Below are positions 51,151-64,000 of a stretch of 64,000 nucleotides of DNA, one piece after another (the first letter of the stretch is position 1; each line of letters opens with the position of its first letter). The position numbers were made by a program, and so were the translations under genes. The notes below the pieces were generated by a model that was not told where the DNA came from, made no database searches, and saw nothing but the letters and a program-made list of their open reading frames with translations. This stretch comes from Azolla caroliniana. Lineage: Eukaryota > Plantae > Polypodiophyta. The stretch covers positions 31,310,001 to 31,374,000 of the forward strand of contig JBHGNT010000001.1 in NCBI GenBank assembly GCA_043228905.1. The letters are read 5' to 3'.

Positions 51151-52811
51151 TACATGTGATTTTTTGGTTGCAACAACCCCAAATACATAACTTGTGCCAA
51201 TTGTCGTGACTATAGGTGGACAAAACCCAACAACCTGCCCAGTTTGGTATTCTTGTAACAATATAGTGTAATAAACGTGAAGAAGTTTTTCAAATTGATG
51301 TTGCGGATCAACATTGTTGCAAGAATTCGCACGTGCGTGTGATGAATGCAAGGGGGACCATCAAGGACTTGAACCAAGGAAGTTGACTTTGATGACATTG
51401 TCGATGAATCTTTGCAAGAATTGCAGTTAAGATGATAGTGCTTCTAATGATCTTCCCTTTTTGAGTTGTCCAGATGCACTTGGAAGTACGCACCATGTAT
51501 GTGCGAAAAATGTAACGTAATAGGCTACTCTATGTGAAATGTGATTTGATTCAACACATATAAGAAAATGATTTGCAAGGTAATATGTGTTTACATGAAT
51601 TTGATCCAATTCAATATAACATGTACATATATGCATGATTTTAATATGAGCGCACTTGTAAATTCGTAAGTTTTTCTTTTGGTGTTGAGCGTGAAATGAT
51701 GTTCATTTTACTTGTATGTTTGTGCTCAAGAATTCATGTGTTTGTGTTTGTGTGAAATGATTCGTTCATGTGTGTTTGAGTGTGCATTTATGTGTATGTG
51801 TACATGGGTGTGGTTGTTTGGGCTAATGAGTAACTGTCTATGTGCAAAGGTTTCATAATTTAAGGCAGGTGTAGACTTTAGGAAATTGTATTTGTGTATA
51901 TGTTTATTTTGTCGATAATCTGAGGGTGTTTCCGGAAACATAAAGTTTTCCCCACTTTAGACTATTAGCTAATAGGGGGGTAGAGGTAAAGACGAAGGGT
52001 TTTACTAGTGCTATTTAGTGTGAACCTAGGCTCGGGAGAGAGACCAACGATGTCATCTATTGCAAGTGATGGAGTGGTTTACGGGAATAGTGTGTGAATG
52101 CTTGAATTGCACCTCTCTCCCTCTAGCTACTGTTCAAGGCCCTACACAATAGAACTCAATGACCTCTATTGTAAGCCCTACACAATAGAACTCAATGACC
52201 TCTATTGTGGGGGATTTTCCACGAAGGAACCCTTTAGGGGAACCTTTGTGTGGCCAATTCCACATGACTTGGGATCCCACAACGAGAATTCCTGCTTGAT
52301 AATTTCCTTCACATGGACAGGTTCATATGATGACTAATGTCTTATCATGTTGACAAAGTCCACAAAATGACTATTTTGTGTCACGTGGACAAGTTCACAC
52401 ATTGTATTGAGTTGACTATGATGCTCAGATACTTTCTCGTGTCTGAGTATCGCCCAATGGGAGGGAATCAAATTTTTTTTAATCCAGAGATGTGGGTTAA
52501 ACTCTTGTAGATTAGCCAAGTTTTTTGTTCAAGGGTTATTTTCTCATTTCGTCGATACTTGATCGCTTTTCCCATCGATCTCTTGAATACAAGAAATTGA
52601 GAAGTCAAAAAATTCTCATTTCCTCAACTCATGAACAATTTGTTTTAACAAAAGAAGCAAGCGACAAGCATATACATGATTCACTTAGGCTTACACAAAA
52701 AGCGCAACTCCACAAGTTCCACAAGTGTGTCCTCCTCAAAGAGAGCCTTACCACACACTTTTCCCATGTCAAACCAACGCGGACGATGAGTGACCTATTA
52801 GGCCTACATAG

Positions 52812-53212
52812 AAAGAGCATATGGATTCGACTTTGCAGATTCTATTACCACAAAAGTGCGATCTTCTCGAGGAGAGCCTTACCCAAGCACTTTTCTTGCA
52901 TTGAGCCTACAGATCCAACTCGCCGAAAGCTAAGGTGAATTGTTGTGCAGTGAGTCTAATATTGATGGCATGTTCCCTTTGTTGTTGTAGGCCTCCCATG
53001 CAATTCCATCCGTTGTCAAAGCTTGGCCATTCGAATTTCCAACACAAAAAGAGCATATGGATTCTATTTGGCAGATTCGATTACCACAAAAGGTGATCTT
53101 CTCAAGAGAGCCTTACCCAAGCTCTTTTCTCGCATTGAGCCTACGGATCCAATTTGTTGAAAGCTAAGATGAATTGTTGTGAGGTGAGTCTAATATTGAC
53201 GACATGTTCCTC
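52812..53212. repeat. ~237-bp-period direct duplication in TE-like DNA
   Basis: AAGAGCATATGGATTC...GAGAGCCTTACCCAAGC...GCATTGAGCCTAC.GATCCAA...TGAATTGTTGTG..GTGAGTCTAATATTGA..CATGTTCC at ~52812 and ~53049. Confidence 0.85.
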
Positions 53213-55239
53213 TCTTTTCCTTTTGGTCTTCACTTTGATGAGAATCTTGACCTAATGCAAACTTTGACCTTTAGGAGATTTCCTCCTTGTGCACCTACCA
53301 CATCAAGTCAATGCAATAGCTAACAATTTTCCTCCAATTAGATTGTTGTGGGACCAAGAAAACATACATTGTGGGTGTCAATTACCAATAATATTGCCTA
53401 TGTTAATTAGGTGCTTCATCACTCATAAAATCTATCTTGGTCTCTAACACACTTAATCCTCACAAACATGATAAGTTGCTAACATTTACTTAATGACTCG
53501 ACAATGCACTTAATCTACTAGTCCTATGAAAGAAAAGAAAGGAAAATGCAATGAAATCACAGAGACAATGTTACCAATATTCATCATTGCTTGATGATCA
53601 TGAAATGCCTACAATATTGCACAAGGTTAAGAATGAGAGTTCAAGCTAGACTAATAGTGAATGAAGAAGTAAAAAGCTTGTAATTTTCTTTTACACCTCA
53701 TTTTCAAAATGTCTTACAAGTTTTAAATTATGGCCCGATTTCTTATAATTCTCTTTGGGTTTTTTAAAGTTTCTAAGGCCTCACTTCATCTCTCTTCATG
53801 TCTCTCTCACCCATATGTTTGGATATGTGAGAGTGATTGCAGGAGTGAGGAGTAGAGGTGGGAAGTGATGAAGGGGGCTACGAGGGTAGTGTAGGATGGG
53901 GTGTTAGTCGACGCATAGAGTGTGGCGAAGATGACTCGGGAGATTGTGAATATTGAAGGTGAGTGAGTGCGAGTGGTGAGATGTGTGGGTCTTGTGAGAA
54001 TTCGAAGATGTAGAGCAAATCAATAGTGTTATTGGAAAATAGTTTACATATTGCTAGTCTCACCCTCAAGCCTAAATGCTTGTCAGGTGAATTCATCATT
54101 GTCTCGAAATCATGCATATAACTGCGCAACAACATTTGGACCCAACACCAAAGACCACTGATTTGCAATCAAGTAAGCCCTTTGTGAGATTGAACATGAA
54201 CCTCCATTGAGGGCGGTTGCAATCATGAAACTCAGTAGCTTCAAGAACCAGGTCCCAATAGGAGAATTTGCAGCAATTGTAGGTATTGGATCATTGCTGG
54301 AATGGTGGGATCCAAGACATTTAGGTTGTTTTGGGGAAATTTTAATCTTTTGGTCAATGAGCATTGAAGGAAAAAAAGGCATCCCATGATCATGTACGTG
54401 AATATGGTCAGTGAGGGAGGATCCACTAACCTAAGAGATATAACTATGTAGTTTGTGGAAGTATTTTGACTATGGTTATCATCTTATTTGATTACCCCCA
54501 TTGGAATTTGAAGGTAACGAACAATCCCTATAGAAATTTGTCTCCCTATATTCCCAATGATCTCTGACTCCAGAAAGTTTATGTTCTTCCATGGATTTCT
54601 TACATCAAATTGCCTACTCCAGATATCCAGCCCAGATATTCTTTTCACAAGAACGGTTCAAGGATATGAGATCGAGCTTCAATCGGATAAAAACGCCAGA
54701 GAAGACTTCTTCACTACAGATTGTGTGGGAAAATCTTGATATCCACATCAAATTTAACGAAGGAGACTATGTGGGAGACATACTGCAAAATCCAATAAAT
54801 GTTGGAGGATTGACATAAAGGGAAACAATAAATTTGTGAAAATCCTTCTCAACTTGAAGAGGTGGGGCATTTTCTAAACCCCTACCAAGGACTTCTCACC
54901 ATTTTCTACCAAGGTTTTTGTCTGATCTACGAGGAAAATTTTGTCCTGAGTAGATTCAAAGTTATTAAACTCTTAATCTCTATGAGGGCGACCATTTCAA
55001 TTTGTTGATTTTAACCTCTGCCTGACTCTGAGGATGACATTCTGTCTTAATGCTTATATCTCTCCGGTTCAGAAACCCAGTTGTTCCTGCCCCTATGAAC
55101 CCATATACATGGTTTTTTTGTGAGTGGATGCTTTTATATACAGCTTTGAGCACAAGGAAGAATATGTCTGCCACCATATCCTCATCCCCACACAAGAAGA
55201 AGTGGATCATGTGTCAAAATACTACCCTTAATGATTATT

Positions 55240-56646
55240 AGACCTACAGAACCCTAACTCGAGAATATTTGGGCTTCCATTGATGACAACCTCGTGAATG
55301 GCTTCATGTTACATCCAAAGTCCCCTGCTAGAGCACCCATCCTAACTGTTAACAAAGATTTAAGATGAACCTTTGTGGCTATCTGTTGTCATGAATGACT
55401 TCATCCTACATTCCAAGTCTTTTATTAGGGCACCCATCCTAATTGTTAACAAAGATTACAATGGATCTTTGAGGCTATGTGTCAACTATTGTGGCCCCTG
55501 ATTGTTAACCATCAATCAGTGAGCTCCTAGACCACCTTTGGACAATGCAATTAATTTTCAAGCTTGGCCTTCACAGTGCCCAAAGTTCGTTCCTCATCAT
55601 GGCAGGAGATAAATGGAAGGCTGCTTTTGCACATGTTATGGGCATTTTGAATAATCAGTAATGCTTGTTAGACTTGTCAATGCACCGTCTTCAGAACATG
55701 AATGCCATTTTTCATGATTACAGGGATGGGTCATGATGGCATATATGATACATATTCTCATTGTTTCGCAAAACATGGGTTTTACACTTTAAGAAATGCA
55801 AGCGATCAAGCATCAATGCAATTCCTCTAAGGTTGTTTCTGCTGTGGCCCAACCTTTGAAAGGTTTCGTGGGATTGCAGACTTCTATTTTGATGGTTTAT
55901 TTGGGACTATTTGACAATCATGGCATCTTTAACTACCCTTACCAGTAAGGATCAAAACATGTTTGGCATAGAGCCCACGAAAACCTTCACTTAACGGCCT
56001 ACTCTCCTCCATTTGAACTTGACCAAGTTTTTTACTGTACAAGATGACACATCTAACTTTTCCCTCTATCCCATTTTAGCGTGCGAATTGTTTCAAGTAT
56101 TGTCCTCAAATAGATGGTCAGACACAATGGATATAAACCTCTAATGTAGCGTACGAAGATGAGTTGGTTAAAATGGTACCCCTTGCCAAGTTTAGATTCC
56201 ATCCACAGTATAGTGTGGACATCCCAGAGAACACAATAAACCCACCTAGTTATGAGTGATCAAACACAAGAAAGACCTGATCCTAGAGTCAACCGACACC
56301 CATATCTTGACATAAAGATCAAGTTGATTGCCAAAGGTCTACTGTCCTAGTTTTTAGGGTTGGAGATATGTTCAAGCTTATATACTGCAGCATCACAATA
56401 GCTTGTCTTGGTGTTAAGGTGGATTGCAGGTGGATAGGTTCGTTCTGCATCACAAAGCAAATAACCCTATGGCATTAAGACGTTGATTGTGATATCTGGT
56501 TACACAAAAGGGATACTAAATGTCCGAATCTACTTGGGAACTAGCCAAACTTTTCAACAATTCCAGGAATGTGGTCCAGGAGTTTGATCTTCAATACTGA
56601 GCACACAAACATGCTCCTCTTGAAACGTTGATAGCAGGAGAGATAA
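55240..56646 (+). mobile_element. Degenerate Ty3/Gypsy chromovirus pol (RT, RNase H, integrase, chromodomain remnants) ending in a PPT
   Basis: Ordered relic motifs: KSPARAPILTVNKD (~55318), NGSLRLCVNY (~55460), DKWKAAF/CYGHFE..VM..LVNAPS (~55610), PQIDGQT (~56104), RWIGSFCI (GPF/Y motif, ~56428), YLVTQKGY..ESTWE (chromodomain, ~56493). Purine tract AGCAGGAGAGATAA, then TGTCATGA at 56647. Confidence 0.85.
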
Positions 56647-57063
56647 TGTCATGACAACCAAGCAGATCATTCAGTTAGAAAAACATGGTTTATATCCACT
56701 TAGGCTCATTATCTTCTAAGGAGAAAAGATATATCATTACTTTTAAGCAAAAAGCACATCTTTAAGTTTAGGAAAAAACTTCTTTAATGTTAGGGTAAAA
56801 AACAGAATTCATGATCACACCCTAAATGTATGGAAAGGGGTTTTCCACCTGATTGATCTCAAGTAGATCAATACCATTCATGGACACTAATTTGTGTAGC
56901 TTTGTTATCGATCTTGTTAAATCTTCTGTCTCATTGCCTCATCTTAGCCTCTTCTCCCCACATACATACATACATGCATACATACTGATACATACATACC
57001 TCTTGCCTCCAGTATGCTTCCCATGCCGGCACCATAGTATCCTATGCCCCCACTTCTTAAACA
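56647..57063 (+). mobile_element. Putative 3' LTR of the chromovirus (right end uncertain)
   Basis: Starts TGTCA immediately after the PPT; candidate ...AACA end at 57063. No matching 5' LTR was found in the window. Confidence 0.4.
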
Positions 57064-60000
57064 TGGTTTGGTAGCACTATTAAAGGTTAAAGCCTTTCAC
57101 ACAGAAGAGCTAAATTTGTAGCTAGAGGTTTAGTGTGTTGTTCCATGAGTTTGTTTTGCAAAGTAATTTTGATGGCTGGATCAACCGATTTAATTGAGCC
57201 AGGAAATGCAATGTCTCTTTGTCGGCAATGAAAGATTAAATATGGGAAGTTGATTCATAAGACCTTGAAACTCATGTCTAATTTCACAAACCGATTTGAA
57301 TGTTGTTGTTTTTCTTCCAATAACACTGAGTTGAATGGTAATTGGTTTTCCCATAGAAGAACATAACAATTCAGCGTCAGGGCCTAAATGGAACTACCAA
57401 GCACTGAGATGGTTGTTTTCGTCATTGGCTTCCATTAGTGGACAGAAGATGTAATTATGTGGTTACCATGTAAAAAGAGTTAGCGGGATACTTTTGTTGT
57501 AAATAGTAGGGTGGGGATTATGCTTAGTTTTGTGTGGAATAGTGTGAGTTTTGTAACTTGTTGATTATGGCTGAACTTGATGTATTTCGTTTGCTAACTA
57601 ATGGGAAGTAGTGTTTTTTCTGGAAAAAAAAACAATGTCCATTTATTAGTCCAAATAAGAATTCACAATCATCGTAATCGTCTTGAAATCTTTGTTTGCC
57701 TTACATTACAATATCTTAAAACATATTTCAAATAAATGACTAATTAAAACTCTCATATTCCATGAAAACCACACCTTTCCAACCTACTAAACCCTTGTGA
57801 CGGAATAAGTTATAGCCATTTCCAAAATGGAGTGAAAACATTGACATTTTATCGACACAACACCAAGTGCTATATGATCCTTAAAGGGTTGTCCTATCCT
57901 CAAGTGTAGTATGTATATGAATACTTTAATTTAATGGCCCCTCAATCCTCAATGCCCCCACCATAGTAATGTAGGGTATTGAAAATCCAAAAGATAAAAG
58001 TTTTCAAAGGTAATCACTATTGTACTTCATTGTATCAAAAACTCAACTCAGATGCATGGTTTCAACTTTCAAGTGTTAAACACATCCTCATTTGATATGG
58101 ATCATACAGGTTGTGTAGAAAGTCCTATAGATTTGCTTGTTTTCAAACCACGATATCCCCAACTTGGTTCACACGTGTTTCGGTCTTCCAATTGAAACTA
58201 TAGGTTCTATGCTTCCAACATTGCCTTGAAAATGTTGAGAATAATGTGGATTGTATGGAATGCTGTTGAATTGCCTCCAATCAATGATTGTACCATAGAT
58301 GGCGACATCACAATGAATAATCTCATGATGATGATGATGATGCACAATAATATGATGTGAAACACAACTTTTTCAAATAAAATTGATGTTGTACTTAAGG
58401 CTTTTCGAATCAACTTGATGTTGTGCATAATATTATTATATATTAAAATTTTCCACCACAACCGATGTAATGCATCGGTTTTTTTTGTTCCCTTTATTTA
58501 CTATAAATTTCATGAGAATGTGTTGTGTTTTTGTTTCCCGAAGGGCCACCATTTACGCAAATGGTTCCGCTTAAAACAAAAGATCTAATGTAATGCATGA
58601 AAATACGGTCTCTAGGGATCCATAACCACTATTTTTGTACAAACATCATTTCTATTGTTGATGGGTTAGACTTTATAGACTTCCAAAATCTACACCAATA
58701 CATATTGATGTTCACCAATTCATTATTGAGATTTAGAAAATTGTACCATTCCTCTTCCGGGTCGACTTTTACTTGCATGGTGCCTAAATGCACTAACTAC
58801 ATAGGAGATTAATCCATTCCATGGAATCTTCTAAGCATCTTGTTGGAAATTTCCACCCATGTAAATGCAAAATTGTTGAATTTAGCAAATACATATATAC
58901 GTTGGGGAGTGAATCTACATATACATATGTCAACTTGTGAAATTGTAACATTCACATCTTTGATTAACTTACAACCTCCCCACCCTGAACTATATAAAGG
59001 AAATATTGTTGAAATCTCACGCGAAGGTAAAATGTTAGTATCCAAATTTGAAAACATATGTGTTGTAATTATATTGAAATGTTGAGACATTGACACTGGC
59101 CTTTAATTTGAATCAATGTTACATGAAACAATAATACGTTGATTTTTATAATTGTATAGAAAGTTATCTTTGATGGAGTGATTATAGTACAAACTATTCA
59201 TTCACTAGAATTCCATCTCCTCTTAATGCATTTAATTTGATCTATTGCCGGTAGATCCCTCTTCAAAACAATGGATTCACTTACTTTATTACATTATCCA
59301 TATACCCCAAAATTATTTTGAAGCCTTGATTTTAAATCAATATCTATATGCTTCAAATGCAATTTATACATAACTATAATATTGTGGTGACCTTTTAGTG
59401 CAAGTGCATGCCTTCATGTGCATTTCACAATATAAATATCCAAATAAAAGAAGAAATTAGCCGATACCAAAGAAGTAACTTTGTGACTCTCACAAGAAAA
59501 GAAATAAAACCATGGAAAAGACATTTCCATGTTTTAAACCGTGCTTATATTATACTCTTTAAAGGGAACATAGATAGTCACAGAAAAGGGATCATGTAAG
59601 TTGTGCTAGTCGGAGGGATGGGTTACCGAAGCTGGTGTTATAGTAAATTGTGATAATAAAATACTCAAAAGGGACATTATTCTAGAACAATTCTTCCTAT
59701 AAGCACCACACAATTTATTTATTCATTATATATGTGAAGCTAGATTTTCACGAAATTTTTATTCATAAAAACATATTCATGCCAAAAAATATATGTAAAT
59801 TCATGTACTTTGATCCATTGAAAAAGAAAGGTCTTTGTATGCACGTTGGTCAAAGTGAGCTTGGTATGTCGACTATAGAAATACAGTATAGCGTTCCCTG
59901 GTAATTACATTGAAGCGCAGAATCGGTTGAAGATTACGGGATGTTCTTCTCCCCTGAGTGAGTGAGGGAAGCACAACCACTTACATGGAGAGAGACTAAA

Positions 60001-63000
60001 TAGAAGGGCAGAAAAAAAAGCTAACCCGAACCGATCCGGTTGCATGGACCCAACCCCCTGCGGGATTAAAAGAGTGATCCACAAGGCCCGAATAGGTTGT
60101 GTAATAATAGAATCAAATGCCTGTGTTGAGTGGGGATAACGAGATTGAGATGAGAAAGTCCAATTGGATGTAGTAGAAGCTACATATGGTTGTGGCATTC
60201 ATTAAAATGAAATTGCTAGAATATCATTGAATACATTACCTTTGGTAAACTCAACTTCCAAAACTTTTTAAAGCTTCTCAAAAATAAAAAGTTGCAATAT
60301 CAAATGAAGGTCTTTTATCTTTCAGAATGCATCAAAAGGAAGAAGAAAATTACTCGTAATGATAACCCTCCAACAATCCTTTCGTAGGGGGTAAACAAGT
60401 ATGTCCAAACACGTGCCATAGTTCTTTGGCCCCACAACAATAGCCAATCTAGCTTAAATCATTATGCATTTCCTCGTTGCAAGCATTTGCAAATCTATTT
60501 AAATCTAACTTTTGCCCTATGTAAATGACTCAATGGTAGTAGGCAATGAAGCATCGACAAACATAGACAATTTTAGTGCTTCTCATTTGGGATTTCATGA
60601 ATTTGAGCATATGTGATATTAGCATGTGTCACACAACACACACACACACACGCTCTCAATAAATTAAATATGAATGCTCACTACAAGTCAATTCTTGGTG
60701 GTGGTGGTACACATCTCCGATAACTATCCAATATGCTTGTGCTTCGTTTCCCATGAATCAATCTAATGGAAGAGAGACCCTGCCAACCCACAACCCAAGG
60801 CAAATTCTTACAACCAAACATAAAATTCCAACATTCCTTGGGAGAATATTAGGATTAAATTGGCATACATGCCACAACCTATCAAACCCTTTGGTTTATA
60901 ATAAGGGAGATTTTGTTTGGGCAAGCTTGTTTTCACTTTTTTGGCAAGATTTTTTCCCAAATAATAGCTAGCAACATATGTTTTAATCAAGTTTGCCTTC
61001 TTTCCCGGTCCTACATTAGTCTAGATCATGCTTCTAAAAAAGCAACATTTGCCGCAAAAAAGATGGAAGAAAAAGGTGATCAATAGTTTTCTCTCCAAAT
61101 AAGGCAAACACATACACCCAACAAAGCTAACCAAATAAGCCATATTTGGAAAACGTACCTAAGGAATATTTATAGAACTAGTGAATAGCAAAGCATTACC
61201 CGACTTGACTAACATCATGGTAGAAAGATGACTTGTAATTTGAACGATCACATTCTTCTTTTTATTAATACTAAAACATTCCCCAACTTCACTACCATGT
61301 TTATCATAGATATCATTTCATGTTACAAAGAAAGAATGAGTGGAAGATACATGACTATAGAGCTATGATCATGCTATCACACAATAATATATACAATACT
61401 TTTGCTAAAGCATGTGTGCACTTCACTTCATGTAGTAAACTTCTACTTTTTTCAGAAAAAGATGCATTGGGTGAAGTTATTAACATTCCAAGAAACAAAG
61501 TGTATAGAAAAAAAACTCGCCATCAAGTATTAGTATTGATATTTAAGGCTTAGACAAAGACTGTGATAGAATATAATGGACCTTTTGTGACAAAGCCTGC
61601 ACTGGTCTTTTTTAAATGGTAACCAGACAACAAGGAAATGCAAGAGCCACAATCAACAAAGTGGATTTAAGACAAGCTTTATGGTGGCATGGTTGTACAA
61701 TTTACCTTGATAAAGTATCTAGTAAATGGAAGTCGCATTATTCTTTTCATCAACTGGGGCACGTTTGTCTAATTTCATCAATAATTAGAGACGTATTGCT
61801 TGACTACGTTAACATGAACAATAATAAAGAGGATCCGTAAATAAAAGGGACAAGGGGGGGAATGCACAACTATAGAGATGCCATAATATACAACATTATG
61901 TATAAGATCTTTGTCGAAGCATGTGCACCTCGAATTAACGAACACATGTACAAACGGTTATTCCTTTATGGAACAAAGGATAGGAGCGTGGATGGATCAT
62001 TAACGTTATGAAAGGAGAAACAACATAGAAAAAGAACCAATCAACGCTTATTACCGGTTGATAATAATAGACTTGCTCAAACTTTGGGGTATAATATAAT
62101 GGAACTTTTCTCCACAAAGCCTACACAACGTCAATATGTTACACCTAGAGAGCAACACGAGGAAACATAAGAACCTCATCAAGAACAACTAATAAGCTCT
62201 ATTTACCACATACTTTATGGATGTGAGGTTGTACTATCTACCTTGACTAGACATCGGCTTAAACTAAAGTCATTTGATTCTTTTTGTGTCCACAAAAAAG
62301 TTAGAATTGCGAAATGTATGGAGTAACTTTTTTCGTCAAATTGAATACCAAAACTAAATTAGATATGAACCAAGCTCAAGTGTGTGTGCAAGTTCTTAAC
62401 ACATGCACAAGGAAATTCAAGAGGAAAATATACATTTGAATTGTTAAACTTTGTTTCAAGCTCTAAGAGGGTGATTTATGTTGAACAAGCAACAATTGCC
62501 ATGTGCACAAAAAATAACATGTATAACAACTTCCCAATTAGTCACGGGCAACTTTAATGGAGCAATATGAAAAGCATCCTCAAAAGTTATCAAGTTTGAA
62601 ACTCCCCATGTATGTACTAGCAATGCAACAACAACTGTGATAGCAATAGATATAATTAGTTCTCAACTTTTCGAATGGAAAAGAAATCACAATGTTGAGT
62701 ACTAGTGATAGAACTTTTGAATATACCATTATATCTAATAGTAATGCATATACATTTGTAGAGACTCCAAATATCAATTGAAAGTAACGTAAGTTGATAA
62801 CATACAATATATTGTATCAACTTCACAATTTAAAGCATTTTGTCTCATTATAGGGAGTTTGGTAGGAACACCTTAAGTTTCAAACTTGAGGTAACATTCA
62901 AAATAAAGTACATTTGCAATAGTGACATTAGGTAATGGTGTTCATTGTGAAAATTTGAGACAAATAGTTAGGCTTACTTCATTGCATATGAGTTTATAAC

Positions 63001-64000
63001 TTTTGCCTTTGTGAATATCAACTAGCAAGCTGAAGGAATCATAAAATCATACGGCTTAAACACAAGCGAGGCACAAACATCCCCGTGCAAACTTGATGAA
63101 ATATTTTATTATGCTGAATTTAACTCCAAACAACCGCCTATACTAATAACTGGCGCACGAGAAAGCCAACATAATGGGTTTACTTTCGAAGATATTTTAC
63201 TATTTCATGTCACTCGCTTTTCATAACCGATGTTTTGAAAGTATGAAGCGCTCTTTGGAATATGGTGCCAACAAAATTTCTGTACCCATCCCCTATTTAG
63301 GGGTCACCCTACATCGAGCAATGAAATTACTAAGGTGAAAATAATGATAGAAAATTATTTACATTAGTGCACTTCCTTTGTCATGGCCAATAGGTAAATA
63401 ATGAACATAGGAATCGGCGATTTGAACACTTCACAATATAATTGCGTAGATGAGAGAGGATGTCGAGCATCAATGTCCTGATGTAGAAGATTGGATGTGT
63501 GAAGAAAACAAGTAGCATTGATTGGATGAATGAGAAATGGAATATTAAGATGGGTGTGTGTCATTTGCAAAATAGATAGTAGACTTGAAGTTTTTTTTAC
63601 AGATGGCATGTTGTGCAAGATTACCAAATGTGAAGGCAATGTAACGAAATATATCTACCCCTCTCCGAACTACCATGGGGGTTAGGTACATCCATTTGAA
63701 TGGTTCACCTACTTTTAATTCACTCGATGGTGCAATGTACATGAGACCGTTTCGTGTGTTCCCTTTCCCTTTTCGATGCATAGAGCGAGGTGTTTGTTGG
63801 CACATTAACGAGGAGAAAAGGAAGCAATACATGACCAATGTGACCGAAGCTAACAGTGCTTTTAAAGGACTTTTGAAAGGGACTTTGAGAGGGCGACGAA
63901 ACCTCAGACTCGGACACGACATTTCAAACCTCCTAGTCTTAATATTGGGGGGACTATAAGGTGCGAAAACTTAACACATTCTAGTAGAGTTCTCGAGTAT

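Noticed and set aside
53880-54980. Possible LINE ORF1 relic on the minus strand
   Set aside because: Heavily interrupted, and no motif could be verified by eye.
63364-63959. Overlapping 65-125 aa ORFs at the window end
   Set aside because: No recognisable domain or splice structure; probably decayed TE sequence.

Overview
AT-rich, intron-containing eukaryotic DNA from a land-plant nuclear genome. It is probably a fern or other seed-free plant; this is inferred from the atp1 insert and the chromovirus type and is not proven. Six protein-coding genes could be reconstructed by hand with in-frame splice junctions: a dirigent-like gene (+), ATG18 (-), the complex I 39 kDa subunit NDUFA9 (-, 12 exons, one GC-AG intron), a PCH1-like gene (+), the K+ channel beta subunit KAB1 (-) and an F-box/Sel1-repeat gene (-). 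Intergenic and intronic DNA holds a hAT MITE with TIRs and an 8-bp TSD, a hAT transposase relic, a collapsed Ty3/Gypsy chromovirus, a mitochondrial atp1 insert and many short tandem duplications. The most unusual features are: (1) a ~180-200 bp element present twice, built from two convergent tRNA-like Pol III heads and sitting at (CT)n microsatellites; (2) an atp1 NUMT whose stops all fall on Gln codons; (3) duplicated decoy 3' splice sites in KAB1; (4) a splice acceptor preceded by ~22 GA repeats; (5) a ~100-110 aa insertion in the ATG18 propeller. No database searches were run; family calls come from motif recognition.
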